From assembly GCA_900234795.1 (NCBI GenBank), contig LT962688.1:1980001-2012000 (forward strand): 32,000 bases of DNA. Direction: 5' to 3'. Position 1 is the first letter of the stretch, and each line of letters opens with the position of its first letter. The DNA is from Methylorubrum extorquens. Lineage in GTDB: Bacteria > Pseudomonadota > Alphaproteobacteria > Rhizobiales > Beijerinckiaceae. Below, in pieces: positions 1 to 8,401 of the stretch. A model generated the notes under the pieces. It saw only the letters and a program-made list of their open reading frames with translations. It made no database searches and was not told where the DNA came from. A program made the translations under genes and the position numbers.

Positions 1-46
1 GTCTGACCGATCCGCTTCCTAGATCGCTCAGACCCGGACCTTTCCC

Positions 47-1423
47 ATGTCACAGTCTCTCCAGGGCGGCGCGACGGCGTTTTCCGCCGTCGTCGTCGCG
101 CGCCCGGCGCAGGACGCCGTCTACCGCGCCGTCTGGCGCTGGCACTTCTACGCCGGCTTGCTCTGCCTGCCCTTTCTGATCCTGCTCTCCGTCACCGGCT
201 CGCTCTACCTCTTCAAGGACGAGATCAATGGCAGCCTGTTCGCCAACCGGACGACGGTGGCGCCAAAGGCCAGCCAGCCTCTCAGCCCGGACGTCCTGCT
301 CTTCAACGCCTCAGAGGCCGTGCCCACGGGCGTGCCGGTCTCGCTTGCCGACCCAGCCGACCCGACCGCTGCAGCCGTGGCGACGATGGCTGAGGGCCCT
401 CGCAGGACACTCGTCTACCTGAACCCCTACAACGGTGACGTGCTCGACCGGACCGACCGCGACGGCGAGTTCATGATGGTCGTGCGGCGCCTGCACAGCC
501 TCGCCTACTTCGGCACGCTCGCGAACGCCGTCATCGAGGTCGTGGCCGGCTTCGCCATCATCCTCGTGGTCACCGGCACCTACCTCTGGTGGCCACGCCG
601 GCAGGACGGTGGCGTCGTCAGTGTTCGTGGAACGCCGCGCAAGCGCGTCTGGTGGCGCGACCTCCACGCCGTCACGGGCTCGGTAGCCGGCGCCGGCCTG
701 TTCTTCCTCGCCGCGACGGGCCTGCCGTGGTCGGTCTGGTGGGGCCAGCAGTTACGCACCCTGTCCAACGAGGGCGGCGTCGGCCAGCCGCGGGCTCTGT
801 GGGCCAACAAGCCTGTTTCGAACGTGCCGATGCAGGAGATGCTCACCACGACGGGGTGGGCGATGGAGGACGCGCCGGTCCCGGTCTCGCAGCCGAGCTT
901 GGCGAGGCCCATCGGCCTTGCGCGCGCCGTCGAGATCCTGCGCGGTCTCGGGATGCCGCGCGGCTTCGAGATTTCCCTGCCGGTGGGTGAGACCGGCGTC
1001 TATGCCGCGGCAGCCTACCCAAAGGACGTGGCCGGGCAGCGGATGATCTCGCTCGACCAGTACACGGGAAAGCCGCTCGTCGATGTGCGCTTCGACGACC
1101 TCGGCGGGGTCGCCCGGGCCATCCAGTACGGCATCGGCATCCACAAGGGCGAGCACTGGGGCCGGGCCAACAAACTCGCGATGCTGGCCTTCTGCCTCGC
1201 CACCATCCTGCTGTCGGTGACGGCTGCGGTGATGTGGTGGAAGCGCCGGCCCGCCGGCCGCCTCGGCGTTCCGCCTTGGCCGCGCGACCGGCGCGTCGCC
1301 ACGACCGTGACCATGATCGTGCTCGGCCTCGGCGCGCTGTTCCCGCTGACCGGTCTGGCAATCCTCGGCATGATCCTCGTCGACCTCACCGTCCAGGCCC
1401 TGCGCCCGCACCTGGCGCGCTGA
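47..1423 (+). CDS. PepSY-associated TM-helix protein (PiuB/FoxB-like inner-membrane protein)
   Basis: 458-aa ORF. It has an N-terminal WRWHFYAGL motif followed by a TM helix, further hydrophobic helices and a C-terminal WWKRRP motif, all typical of the PepSY_TM family. It lies directly upstream of a TonB-dependent receptor, the usual context. Confidence 0.8.
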   Translation: MSQSLQGGATAFSAVVVARPAQDAVYRAVWRWHFYAGLLCLPFLILLSVTGSLYLFKDEINGSLFANRTTVAPKASQPLSPDVLLFNASEAVPTGVPVSLADPADPTAAAVATMAEGPRRTLVYLNPYNGDVLDRTDRDGEFMMVVRRLHSLAYFGTLANAVIEVVAGFAIILVVTGTYLWWPRRQDGGVVSVRGTPRKRVWWRDLHAVTGSVAGAGLFFLAATGLPWSVWWGQQLRTLSNEGGVGQPRALWANKPVSNVPMQEMLTTTGWAMEDAPVPVSQPSLARPIGLARAVEILRGLGMPRGFEISLPVGETGVYAAAAYPKDVAGQRMISLDQYTGKPLVDVRFDDLGGVARAIQYGIGIHKGEHWGRANKLAMLAFCLATILLSVTAAVMWWKRRPAGRLGVPPWPRDRRVATTVTMIVLGLGALFPLTGLAILGMILVDLTVQALRPHLAR

Positions 1424-1530
1424 CCGCGCGGCCGGGGCCGAAGGCGCCCCGCCCCCCCCTGCACCCTTCGCTTCTCCTTTCCCGGTCGCAGCGGTCGCAT
1501 CCGCCTGCCGCCATCCGACGAGCATCCGTC

Positions 1531-3864
1531 ATGTCCCACCGCCGTTCCGGCCATCGTGCCCGCGCGCTCAGCCTGATCCTGGCCGCTAGCCCGCTAGCTA
1601 TCACCGCCGCGCAGGCCCAAGGTGGCCAGGCTGTCGCCCTGGAAGAGATCTCCGTCACCTCGGAGGGCAACGGCGGCTCCGGTAGTGCGCCGACCGCGGC
1701 GGCCGGTGTCGCCAGGCCCGGCCTGCCGCTGGTCTCCGCTCCAACACCCTTGGACAGACCGGTGGGTGAGGTCGTCACCAGCGTCGGGCGCGAGGGCGTC
1801 ATCGACAATCGCGCCGCCACGAGCGTCGCGGACATCCTGCGGAACAGCCCCGGCGTGACGGTGCGGCAGGGCAATGGTCCCCGCGACGTCGTTGTCTCGA
1901 TCCGCGGCAACAACGCCCGCGCCACCGGCGTGTCGCGCAACATGGTTGTGCTGGAGGACGGCTTCCCCGTTACCCAAGCGGACGGCTCCTCGCGCTTCGA
2001 CCTCGTCGACCCGCGTGCCTACTCGCGCATCGATGTCTTCCGCGGCCCCCAATCTCCCTTTTTCGGCAACTTCGCCACAGGTGGCGCGCTGAACTTCGTC
2101 ACCCGCCGCGGCTCCGAGATCAACGGCGTCGAGTACGGGGTGGACGCCGGCAGCTTCGGCTACCTCAACAACTACGCCACCTTCGGCGGGGTCAGCGGCC
2201 CGTTCGAGTACAGCCTGTTCACCAGCGACACGCGCGGCAACGGCTTCCTCAGCCACAACTCGTTCGATACCCAGACCATCAACTTCCTGGGCACCTACGC
2301 GCCGACGCCGGACGACCGCTTCACCCTGAAAATCATCAACAACGAGGTCTCCACCGACCTGCCCGGTCGCGGCTCACTCAACCAGTTCCGGCTCAACCCC
2401 TTCCAGCGCGGCTGCGCCTCGGCCGCCGCGGCCGCACCCGGTTGCGTGACCTACAACCTGTTCCTCAACGGCCGGAACGGCGCCACCGTGCCGGTCACCG
2501 CCGACGAGGGTGCATTTTTCCGCGGCGACCGGCGCACCATCGTCGGCGGTCGCTGGGAGCACGACTTCGACGCCTTCACGACCTGGCGCACCCAGCTCGT
2601 GTTCGACGACCGCCAGATCAACCAGCCTTTCTACACGAGCTCAGGTCGCGGCGACTTCCCCGGCTTCAACTTCCTCACCGACGTGACCCGGCGCGGCGAC
2701 CTGTTCGGCCTGCCGGCGACCGGCTACGTGGCGCTCGCCTACAACACTCTGGACAGCCACAGCCTGACCTACAATCGCGCGCCCTACGGCGGGGCGCGGC
2801 TCGGCGCCCTGACCGCCGACCTTGAGGCCACCCAGGCTAACCTCGGCGGGCGCGCCCGCGTCGAGCTACAGCTCTCCGAGCAGTGGATTGCGGTGGCCGG
2901 TATCAGCGCCGAGAACACAACGATCCAGGGGCGCAACATCACCTACGGCTTCCCGGCCGCAGGCGGCGTCACCACCACGCTGGCCAACATCGACCGCAGC
3001 TTCCTGAACGTGGCTCCCGAGCTCTCGCTGCTCTACCGGCCCGACACCGACTGGCAGTTCCGGGGTCGGGTGGCGACCGGGTACGCCACGCCCTCGACCT
3101 CGAACCTCACCGTCACGTCCGCTGGCGTGCCGGGCAACAACGGGCAGCTCCAGACTCAGGAAAACCTCGGTTTCGATGTTGGGGCCGACTGGACGCCGCT
3201 ACCCGGCGTCCGGTTCAGCGTGACCGGCTTCTACGAATTCTTCCACAACGAGCTCGTCACGCAATCGCCCGGCGCCGGCCTCCTGAGCTACACCTTCAAC
3301 GCACCGGCCTCCGAGCATCGCGGTATTGAGGTCGGGGCGGACTGGGCCTTTGCGCCCGGCTGGCGGGCGACCGCCGCTTATACCTTCGACGACCAGATCT
3401 ACACGAGGTACGTCGAGCAGCTCAGCGCCGGCAGCCTGACTAGGCGCTTCGACCGGGCGGGCAACCACATCCCCGGCGTGCCCGCTCACCAGCTCCTGGC
3501 GCGCGTGGGCTACGAGCAGGCCACTGGCCCCCTGGCGGGCCTGGGCGGCTACGTGGAAACGGTGTTCCAGGACGACTTCTTCATCGACAACCCCAACCTG
3601 CTGAAGGCGCCCGGCTACGCCATCGTGAACCTCAACGTTCACTACACGACGGAACTTGTCGGCTACGCCAAGCGCCTGAACCTGTTCTTCGAGGTGCGGA
3701 ACGTCTTCGACAAGACTTACATCGCCTCCGCCCAAAACCTTGCCAACTCGATCAGTGCCACCTCTGGCCTGCAGAACGGCGCGAGCGTCCTGGCCAACAC
3801 CACCGGCTCGGCGTTCGCGGGCGCCCCGCGCAACTTCGTCGGCGGCATGCGGCTGGCGTTCTGA
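1531..3864 (+). CDS. TonB-dependent (siderophore-type) outer-membrane receptor
   Basis: I start it at ATG 1531 (MSHRRSGHRARALSLILAASPLAITAAQAQ signal peptide), not at the ORF-track start 1234. It has a TonB-box-like ALEEISVTS, a plug-like region (DILRNSPGVTVRQG...), a long beta-barrel-like Gly/Tyr/Asn-rich body and a terminal aromatic residue (GGMRLAF). Confidence 0.9.
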   Translation: MSHRRSGHRARALSLILAASPLAITAAQAQGGQAVALEEISVTSEGNGGSGSAPTAAAGVARPGLPLVSAPTPLDRPVGEVVTSVGREGVIDNRAATSVADILRNSPGVTVRQGNGPRDVVVSIRGNNARATGVSRNMVVLEDGFPVTQADGSSRFDLVDPRAYSRIDVFRGPQSPFFGNFATGGALNFVTRRGSEINGVEYGVDAGSFGYLNNYATFGGVSGPFEYSLFTSDTRGNGFLSHNSFDTQTINFLGTYAPTPDDRFTLKIINNEVSTDLPGRGSLNQFRLNPFQRGCASAAAAAPGCVTYNLFLNGRNGATVPVTADEGAFFRGDRRTIVGGRWEHDFDAFTTWRTQLVFDDRQINQPFYTSSGRGDFPGFNFLTDVTRRGDLFGLPATGYVALAYNTLDSHSLTYNRAPYGGARLGALTADLEATQANLGGRARVELQLSEQWIAVAGISAENTTIQGRNITYGFPAAGGVTTTLANIDRSFLNVAPELSLLYRPDTDWQFRGRVATGYATPSTSNLTVTSAGVPGNNGQLQTQENLGFDVGADWTPLPGVRFSVTGFYEFFHNELVTQSPGAGLLSYTFNAPASEHRGIEVGADWAFAPGWRATAAYTFDDQIYTRYVEQLSAGSLTRRFDRAGNHIPGVPAHQLLARVGYEQATGPLAGLGGYVETVFQDDFFIDNPNLLKAPGYAIVNLNVHYTTELVGYAKRLNLFFEVRNVFDKTYIASAQNLANSISATSGLQNGASVLANTTGSAFAGAPRNFVGGMRLAF

Positions 3865-3950
3865 TGCCCTGAACCAGCGCAGCGCCGGTGGCTTGGCAGG
3901 CCTCTATGGTGCGTGCCTGGCGTGCGGCCATCGCGGTGGCCGCACTGTGG

Positions 3951-4058
3951 CGGCCCGCGTTCTACACACGGCGCACGCACCACTTCCTCCGGCGTCTTGC
4001 GGGCGAACGTCGTCAGCGGTCCGATGGTGATCTCGGAGCGAGCGTGAGGACGATCGCC
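3951..4058 (-). other. Relic copy 1 of a conserved 36-aa C-terminal coding module (GDRPHARSEITIGPLTTFARKTPEEVVRAPCVERGP)
   Basis: It aligns codon by codon with 4814-4921 on the other strand: 32/36 residues are identical, and of the 21 differing codons 17 are synonymous. There is no stop at the homologous position and no homology upstream of GDRP. Confidence 0.6.
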
Positions 4059-4452
4059 CGGCGCAGTCATGACCGGGCTGATGCGCGTGCTCGTTCCGAC
4101 GCACAGGCAGGCGCCGGCGTCCTTGGCCGACTTCCCGCCTGCATAAACAGGTGCTTACGCAACGGCGGGTCGGACCATTCGTCTTCTTCACACTGCGCCC
4201 CCCCCCCCGACCCGCCGCCACCCCGGAAGCAGGCTAAGACAAGTAGGATGACGGCGCGGCTTAACGCAGGGCTCCACGCGCGGAAAGTTGCCCGAGCACG
4301 GTACTTCCCTCGACATCGGGGAAAACACCATGGCCGCCGCCTCGTTCGAAATTGTCATGCCCTTTGTGTCCGAGCTCGCAGAACATGATTGACGAGCGCA
4401 CTCTAGGGCTTAATCTTCGCCGTGAAGAGTAATCCACCCCGGCGCGCCCCCC

Positions 4453-4614
4453 ATGCCTGAGACCTTGATAGATAGGTGGCATCGGGACAACACAGCAGCG
4501 CAGAGGTCGCCGTCGATCCTGCGGCAGTGTGTAAATGGAGCAATTAGAGGTGCCCTTCTAGGAATTGCTCTGCTTGCTCTGCTCTGGCTGATCTATTGGG
4601 CTGGGCTGCTCTGA
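4453..4614 (+). CDS. Possible 53-aa tail-anchored small membrane protein
   Basis: ATG 4453 to TGA 4612-4614, found by hand because it is below the ORF-track cutoff. Sequence: MPETLIDRWHRDNTAAQRSPSILRQCVNGAIRGALLGIALLALLWLIYWAGLL. It has a polar N-terminus and one strongly hydrophobic C-terminal helix. It sits in the lower-GC segment between the inverted relic copies. No homology was recognised. Confidence 0.25.
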   Translation: MPETLIDRWHRDNTAAQRSPSILRQCVNGAIRGALLGIALLALLWLIYWAGLL

Positions 4615-4813
4615 GGCAGTGACTTTGGTGAACACGATCTGACATATAGCAATCGGAAATTGATGCCGTGATCCAGCGTGGCGGAAGCGCCTGGATGCAT
4701 CCTGGAGTGCGGTCTTCGAGGTCGTGGATCTCGCCGGACACTACGCCGTCTTTTCGGAATTCGGCGCGGTAAGCCATACCGGGGACATGGCTGGCTTGAA
4801 GGTAGAAACCAAG

Positions 4814-4927
4814 GGTGACCGGCCGCACGCACGGTCCGAGATCACCATCGGGCCGCTGACGGCGTTCGCGCAAGAGGCGCCAGAAGAGGTGGTGCGAGCG
4901 CCGTGCGTGGAGCGAGGACCGTCATAG
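4814..4927 (+). other. Relic copy 2 of the conserved C-terminal module (GDRPHARSEITIGPLTAFAQEAPEEVVRAPCVERGPS-stop)
   Basis: It is part of ORF 4724-4927. The reading frame is open back to 4664 but has no recognisable domain. It ends in TAG at 4925-4927. Confidence 0.6.
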
Positions 4928-5141
4928 TCGCGCCTTTTCCGTCTCCGTCCCATCGGCCCACTCAATACGCGGGCACGGGATCTTTATTCGGAACTTAAGC
5001 AGAAATTGGCTCAGCGACGATAGTCTGTAGCTTGCAGCCGGTTCGAGCGGCTATGCCACCATAATCGGAGTGCAACTGATAACCGTCATGCGCTCGATTG
5101 CTGCGCGCAATGACAGAAGATCTACACTTGTCGCGCCGTGG

Positions 5142-5444
5142 CTAAGTGTTTTCGATTGGCATACCAGCAAGTAGATTTGTTAGATGCGCTAGCGTCCTGC
5201 GCATGCTTGCAATCTCGCCGCGACGATCTGTAATTGTTTTCTCCAATATTTCATTGCAGCGTTTGCCGCTCATAGGCTTCAATAACTCAGCGCATTGTGT
5301 TGCCTCCGCCACAATCGCTTCATGTGCTGCAATTTGACGTGCTAATAGCATCATCAGCTCCACAATTTCAGATCGCAGCTGCATAATATATAACTTAAAG
5401 CGGTTTTTCGATATAATATAAGGCAGCCCCATCTCAAGCAACAT
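5142..5444 (-). CDS. Hypothetical protein (about 80-100 aa, helical), low-GC
   Basis: This is the only long ORF in a markedly AT-richer patch (about 5140-5460). The sequence looks like a helical or coiled-coil protein. No family was recognised and the start is uncertain (M1 or MQLRSEIV). Confidence 0.4.
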   Translation of the reverse strand: MLLEMGLPYIISKNRFKLYIMQLRSEIVELMMLLARQIAAHEAIVAEATQCAELLKPMSGKRCNEILEKTITDRRGEIASMRRTLAHLTNLLAGMPIENT

Positions 5445-5477
5445 ACATTAAAAATACGTGACTTCAGTCAGCCTGCC

Positions 5478-5635
5478 GGATGTCGGCCCGGCGATTGAGC
5501 AAACCCGACCCTACGTCGGCGATTGGTGGCGGACGGAGGGGATCTGGAGCGGCGGGCCAGCGCCAGGGTGAAGCTATTCCCCGCCGTTGACGATCTTAAT
5601 TCAGCCCCGCCAGTCCCTGCCGCGCGGAGCTTTTT
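5478..5635 (+). repeat. Dispersed repeat module R1 (paralogue of 8152-8350) ending in a degenerate GC hairpin plus T-run
   Basis: The first ~60 nt (TCGGCCCGGCGATTGAGC...CGTCGGCGATTGGTGGCGGACGGAGGGG) align with 8155-8215. Both copies have a short frame ending in APG-stop. The hairpin and T5 lie at 5603-5635. Confidence 0.55.
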
Positions 5636-5801
5636 GCTGGCGATCATATACCCCGCAAATCAACTCTCATAAGTAGTTCCTTCAATTTGGTTGCGCGTAG
5701 CGGTTCGGCGCGTATGCTGAGGCTATCGCTGGCTACGAATCACGGGCACCAGCGGCTGAGAGAGAAGAGTGCTCCCGCCTGGATGGACATGGAGCATTCC
5801 G

Positions 5802-6030
5802 ATGCTCGAAGTGCATCTGCCGCTCAACCCTGACGAGCCGACCGCCTATCGCACCCTTACACTGAGTGAGAACGGGCTCGTTCCAGCGCGCGCCACTCGA
5901 AGCGCGTGATGACGACGAAGCGCTCTCGCGCGCCATGGCAATGGTTCGCAGAGCAGGCGTTGAACTTTGGGACGGCTTCCGCTTCATGGCTCATTTCGGA
6001 CCAGAGCCGCTGCCGGCCACGGGTAGCTAA
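5802..6030 (+). pseudogene. Small DDDEA-motif protein, apparently frameshifted
   Basis: Frame A (ATG 5802) gives MLEVHLPLNPDEPTAYRTLTLSENG. Frame B (open from 5866) gives SFQRAPLEARDDDEALSRAMAMVRRAGVELWDGFRFMAHFGPEPLPATGS-stop. Together they resemble the small proteins of the YR..LD..G......DDDEA......VELW type common in Rhizobiales (from memory). A 1-nt shift is needed near 5870-5880. A GTG start at 5866 is the alternative. Confidence 0.35.
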
Positions 6031-6083
6031 GGGGGCGCTTGCGCCGCTGCGCTTGCTGCAGCTGTAGCCCCACATCACCCCCC

Positions 6084-6106
6084 GCCCGGTCCGCCGCCGG
6101 GCTTTT
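6084..6106 (+). terminator. Intrinsic-terminator-like hairpin (GCCCGG-N7-CCGGGC + TTTT)
   Basis: Perfect 6-bp GC stem followed by a T-run, 55 nt after the stop at 6030. Confidence 0.55.
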
Positions 6107-6132
6107 CGTATCCCTACCAGCGACAGTCAGCG

Positions 6133-6166
6133 GATTTGGGACGCTTGGGCAGCGATTTGGGACGCT
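6133..6166 (+). repeat. Two perfect 13-bp direct repeats GATTTGGGACGCT with 21-bp period
   Basis: Repeats at 6133-6145 and 6154-6166, both preceded by CAGCG. The spacing is two helical turns and the region is intergenic. Confidence 0.5.
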
Positions 6167-6501
6167 CAGTCAATTGCGTTCTGGTTTCAGTCTCGGAACC
6201 GAATTGGCTTCTCCGTCATTTCATTGCCCCCAAAGCCGACGGGAGCATTCATGATGCTGAGCAGCAGGGAACCAGCGCACGTGATGCCTGTGCGTCATGA
6301 GGCATGGATCGACAGGCGTTCACCGCGCACGGCGGAGTTGATCCGAGACGCGAAGGGAAGATGAAGTCGGCCGCCAGCGGTCTTCGATCCTCCAGCAACA
6401 AGCGACAACGTGAAGGTTCATGACGATCTCGCCCGGGCGAATTAGCCGCCCATCGCCATCCGCCTACCTCACAGCTACCCTGTTGCGGGCGTGCCTTTAG
6501 A

Positions 6502-6531
6502 CCCGCCCGGCTCAGCCGGCGCGGGGTTTTT
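6502..6531 (+). terminator. GC hairpin plus T5, member of the CCCGCCCGGCTCAGCCG..GGGG-TTTTT repeat family
   Basis: CCCGCCCGGCTCAGCCGGCGCGGGG TTTTT. About 45 nt upstream (CGCCTACCTCACAGCTACCCTGTTGCGGGCGT) is homologous to 8268-8300. Confidence 0.55.
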
Positions 6532-6626
6532 GTGCCCGAGAATGGTCCGGTATCGAACCAAGCCTGAACAATCTACGGAACACCTCGTTACACCCATGAC
6601 GACTCTCCGTCGTTACCTTCGACGAA

Positions 6627-6663
6627 CCCCGCCCGGTTGGCCCCCGACCGCGGCGGGGTTTTT
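6627..6663 (+). terminator. GC hairpin plus T5, same repeat family
   Basis: CCCCGCCCGGTTGGCCCCCGACCGCGGCGGGG TTTTT. It lies 125 bp after the previous one and abuts relic copy 3. Confidence 0.55.
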
Positions 6664-6732
6664 CGTGCGCGTACATCGCCGGAGGAGGTGGTGCGAGCCC
6701 AATGCGTAGAGCGTGCGGCAAAGGAGATGTGA
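6661..6732 (+). other. Relic copy 3 of the C-terminal module (FRARTSPEEVVRAQCVERAAKEM-stop)
   Basis: It aligns with FARKTPEEVVRAPCVERGP of copies 1 and 2. Only the last ~20 codons are retained, fused directly to the hairpin T-run. Confidence 0.45.
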
Positions 6733-7003
6733 TCAGACAGCGATGCAGGGTCCGATCTCGACCCACTGCGGACCTTTACGGGCGGCACTGGTAGAAGCCC
6801 ATGGAAGCATTGCGCCTCCGGCCAGAAAGTCTCAGTGTTGGATCCACGCCTCAGCCTTATCACCCTCGGTGTCGCCGACCTCGACCGAGCAACCTCATTC
6901 TACGAGGGGCTGGGATGGCCTCGGCGCGTGCGGTCTGCGCACGGTGTCACCTTCTTTCAAATCGGCGGGTTAGGACTATCGCTGTATCCGCGCGCTGAAC
7001 TAG

Positions 7004-7844
7004 GTCCTGTTGTCACTTGATCCAATCGAGCGTTGCGGCAAGGCAGAGAACGCCGGTGAAGCTGAGGGCGGTCTTCTCGTATCGGGTTGCCACGGCCCGC
7101 CACTCCTTGAGGCGCGCCCAGAGCCGCTCGACGATGTTGCGGTTGTTGTAGACCCAACTCGGGCAGGCGACCGGGGCCTCGTTGCGTTTGGTCGGGATCG
7201 CGGGCCGGGCGCCTGCCTTCCAGATGTGGTCGCGGAAGCCGTGGCTGGAGTAGCCGCGGTCGCCCACCACCCACTTCGGCACACCGGGCAATTGGTCGAG
7301 CAACGGGATGGCATGGGGCAGTTCGTGCGCCTGCCCCGGGGCGATGCGGAAGGCGACGGCGCGGCCCGCTCCGTCGGCGATCACGCAGGCTTTGGTGCCA
7401 TAGCCGCCACGTGAGCGGCCAAGCGCTTCACGATGGTCTCGCTCGGCCGCAGATCCCCCCTTTTTGCAGCGCCCGCCGCCTTCTGATGAGCCCGCACGTT
7501 GCTGCCGTCGAGGAAGACCATGCCCAGTGCGAGACCGCGCTCCTGCACGCGGTCGAGCAACCGCTCCCACACCCCGGCGCGCGCCCACCGGATGAAGATC
7601 TGAGCAGCGCGCCACCAAGGGCCCAATTCCTCGGGGATGGCCCGCCACTTGGCCCCGTTCTGATGCCGCCAGAGGATGGCCGAGATCGTGCGCCGAAGCT
7701 CCTGAGGCGGCGTCTTGGCCTTTGGGCGACAGGCCTCGATCAACGGCTCCAACTCATCCCACTGCGCGTCCGACAGCATCACGCCTCCTCACTTGAAAAC
7801 GAGAAAACGCCAGAGTTGGCAATCCGTTCAAGCGACAACAGGCC
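7004..7844 (-). mobile_element. IS5-family (IS427-group-like) insertion sequence, 841 bp, CTAG target duplication
   Basis: The terminal inverted repeat GTCCTGTTGTCACTTGA (7004-7020) matches the reverse complement of TCAAGCGACAACAGGCC (7828-7844). It is flanked by CTAG at 7000-7003 and 7845-7848. It carries two overlapping transposase frames. Confidence 0.85.
7013..7782 (-). CDS. IS5-family transposase, orfA (7381-7782) fused to orfB (7013-about 7465) by a -1 frameshift
   Basis: OrfA starts MMLSDAQWDELEPLIEACRPK. OrfB ends NRNIVERLWARLKEWRAVATRYEKTALSFTGVLCLAATLDWIK, a typical IS5-family C-terminus. The slippery run on the coding strand is GCAAAAAGGGGGG (+ strand 7455-7467). Confidence 0.85.
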
Positions 7845-8151
7845 CTAGCCAAGGACGCTGGCGTTCCCCCTGGCGAACAGTCCCTCACAAGGCTTTACGC
7901 TAGCCTACAACACGCGCAGCCGCGACGAGGTGAGCAAGGTGCTCGCGCAGGCGGAAGCGCTCGGCGCGCAGATCACGCAGCATGCACAAGATGCTGTCTG
8001 GGGTGGCCATCATGGGCACTTCTGCGATCTGGACGGTTTCCTGTGGGAGGTCGCTTGGAACTCGAGTTTCGTTCTTGAGGACGATGGGAGCCTTATCTTG
8101 CCCGCGTAGTCTTGCTTCCGCCCGCAGCGGTGTCAGGGTTCCACCCTCTGT

Positions 8152-8350
8152 AGACATCGGCCCGGCGATCGAGCGCGCGGCCCGACATCGGCGACTGATG
8201 GCGGACAGGGGGCTTCCGTTCGGAGGAGGCGCGCCGGGCTGAGGCGGACTATCCGCTGGCCGCTAGCCGTCTACCTCATGCCCACCCTCCAGCGGGCGTT
8301 TCACATCGATCCATACTTGCCCCGCCCGGCTCAGCCGCGGCGAAGCTTTT
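8152..8350 (+). repeat. Dispersed repeat module R2 (paralogue of 5478-5635 and, in its 3' half, of 6460-6531)
   Basis: See R1. The 3' hairpin at 8320-8346 has a mutated right arm (GGCGAAGC instead of GGCGGGG) followed by TTTT. Confidence 0.55.
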
Positions 8351-8401
8351 CGTTTTAAGGAGGTGCGATCATCGAAGGAGGCGGAAAAGCTACCCAGGGC
8401 A

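Larger units (their letters stand above)
6835..8109 (+). pseudogene. VOC/glyoxalase-family protein, interrupted by an IS and also frameshifted
   Basis: The N-terminal part at 6835-7003 is MLDPRLSLITLGVADLDRATSFYEGLGWPRRVRSAHGVTFFQIGGLGLSLYPRAEL. The C-terminal part at 7894-8109 is FTLAYNTRSRDEVSKVLAQAEALGAQITQHAQDAVWGGHHGHFCDLDGFLWEVAWNSSFVLEDDGSLILPA-stop. After conceptual excision of 845 bp, the frames still differ by one nt, apparently an extra A in ACAAGG at 7887-7892. Confidence 0.8.

Noticed and set aside
50-56. TGTCACA heptamer at the start of the PepSY gene
   Set aside because: It is formed by the codons ATG TCA CAG. No CGTC follows at N16 or N17, so it is not counted as an ECF41 promoter. 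Near-matches such as GGTCACA at 14703, 22803 and 26767, and TGTCACA at 30754-30748 (minus strand), also lack the CGTC element.
752-1525. Long antisense or alternative-frame ORFs inside the PepSY and receptor genes, plus many similar ones elsewhere (for example 1594-2256, 15290-16150, 16604-17074, 17282-17818, 20182-20742)
   Set aside because: These are typical high-GC shadow ORFs with Arg/Pro/Gly/Ala-rich low-complexity translations. They overlap genes that have clear family signatures.
1234-1530. 5' extension of the TonB-receptor ORF (ORF-track start at 1234)
   Set aside because: The extension is Arg/Pro-rich junk that overlaps the end of the PepSY gene. A proper signal peptide starts at ATG 1531.
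3888-4388. 166-aa plus-strand ORF and other ORFs across 3.7-4.4 kb
   Set aside because: They run antisense through relic copy 1, whose substitution pattern shows that the opposite strand was the coding one. Their composition is junk-like.
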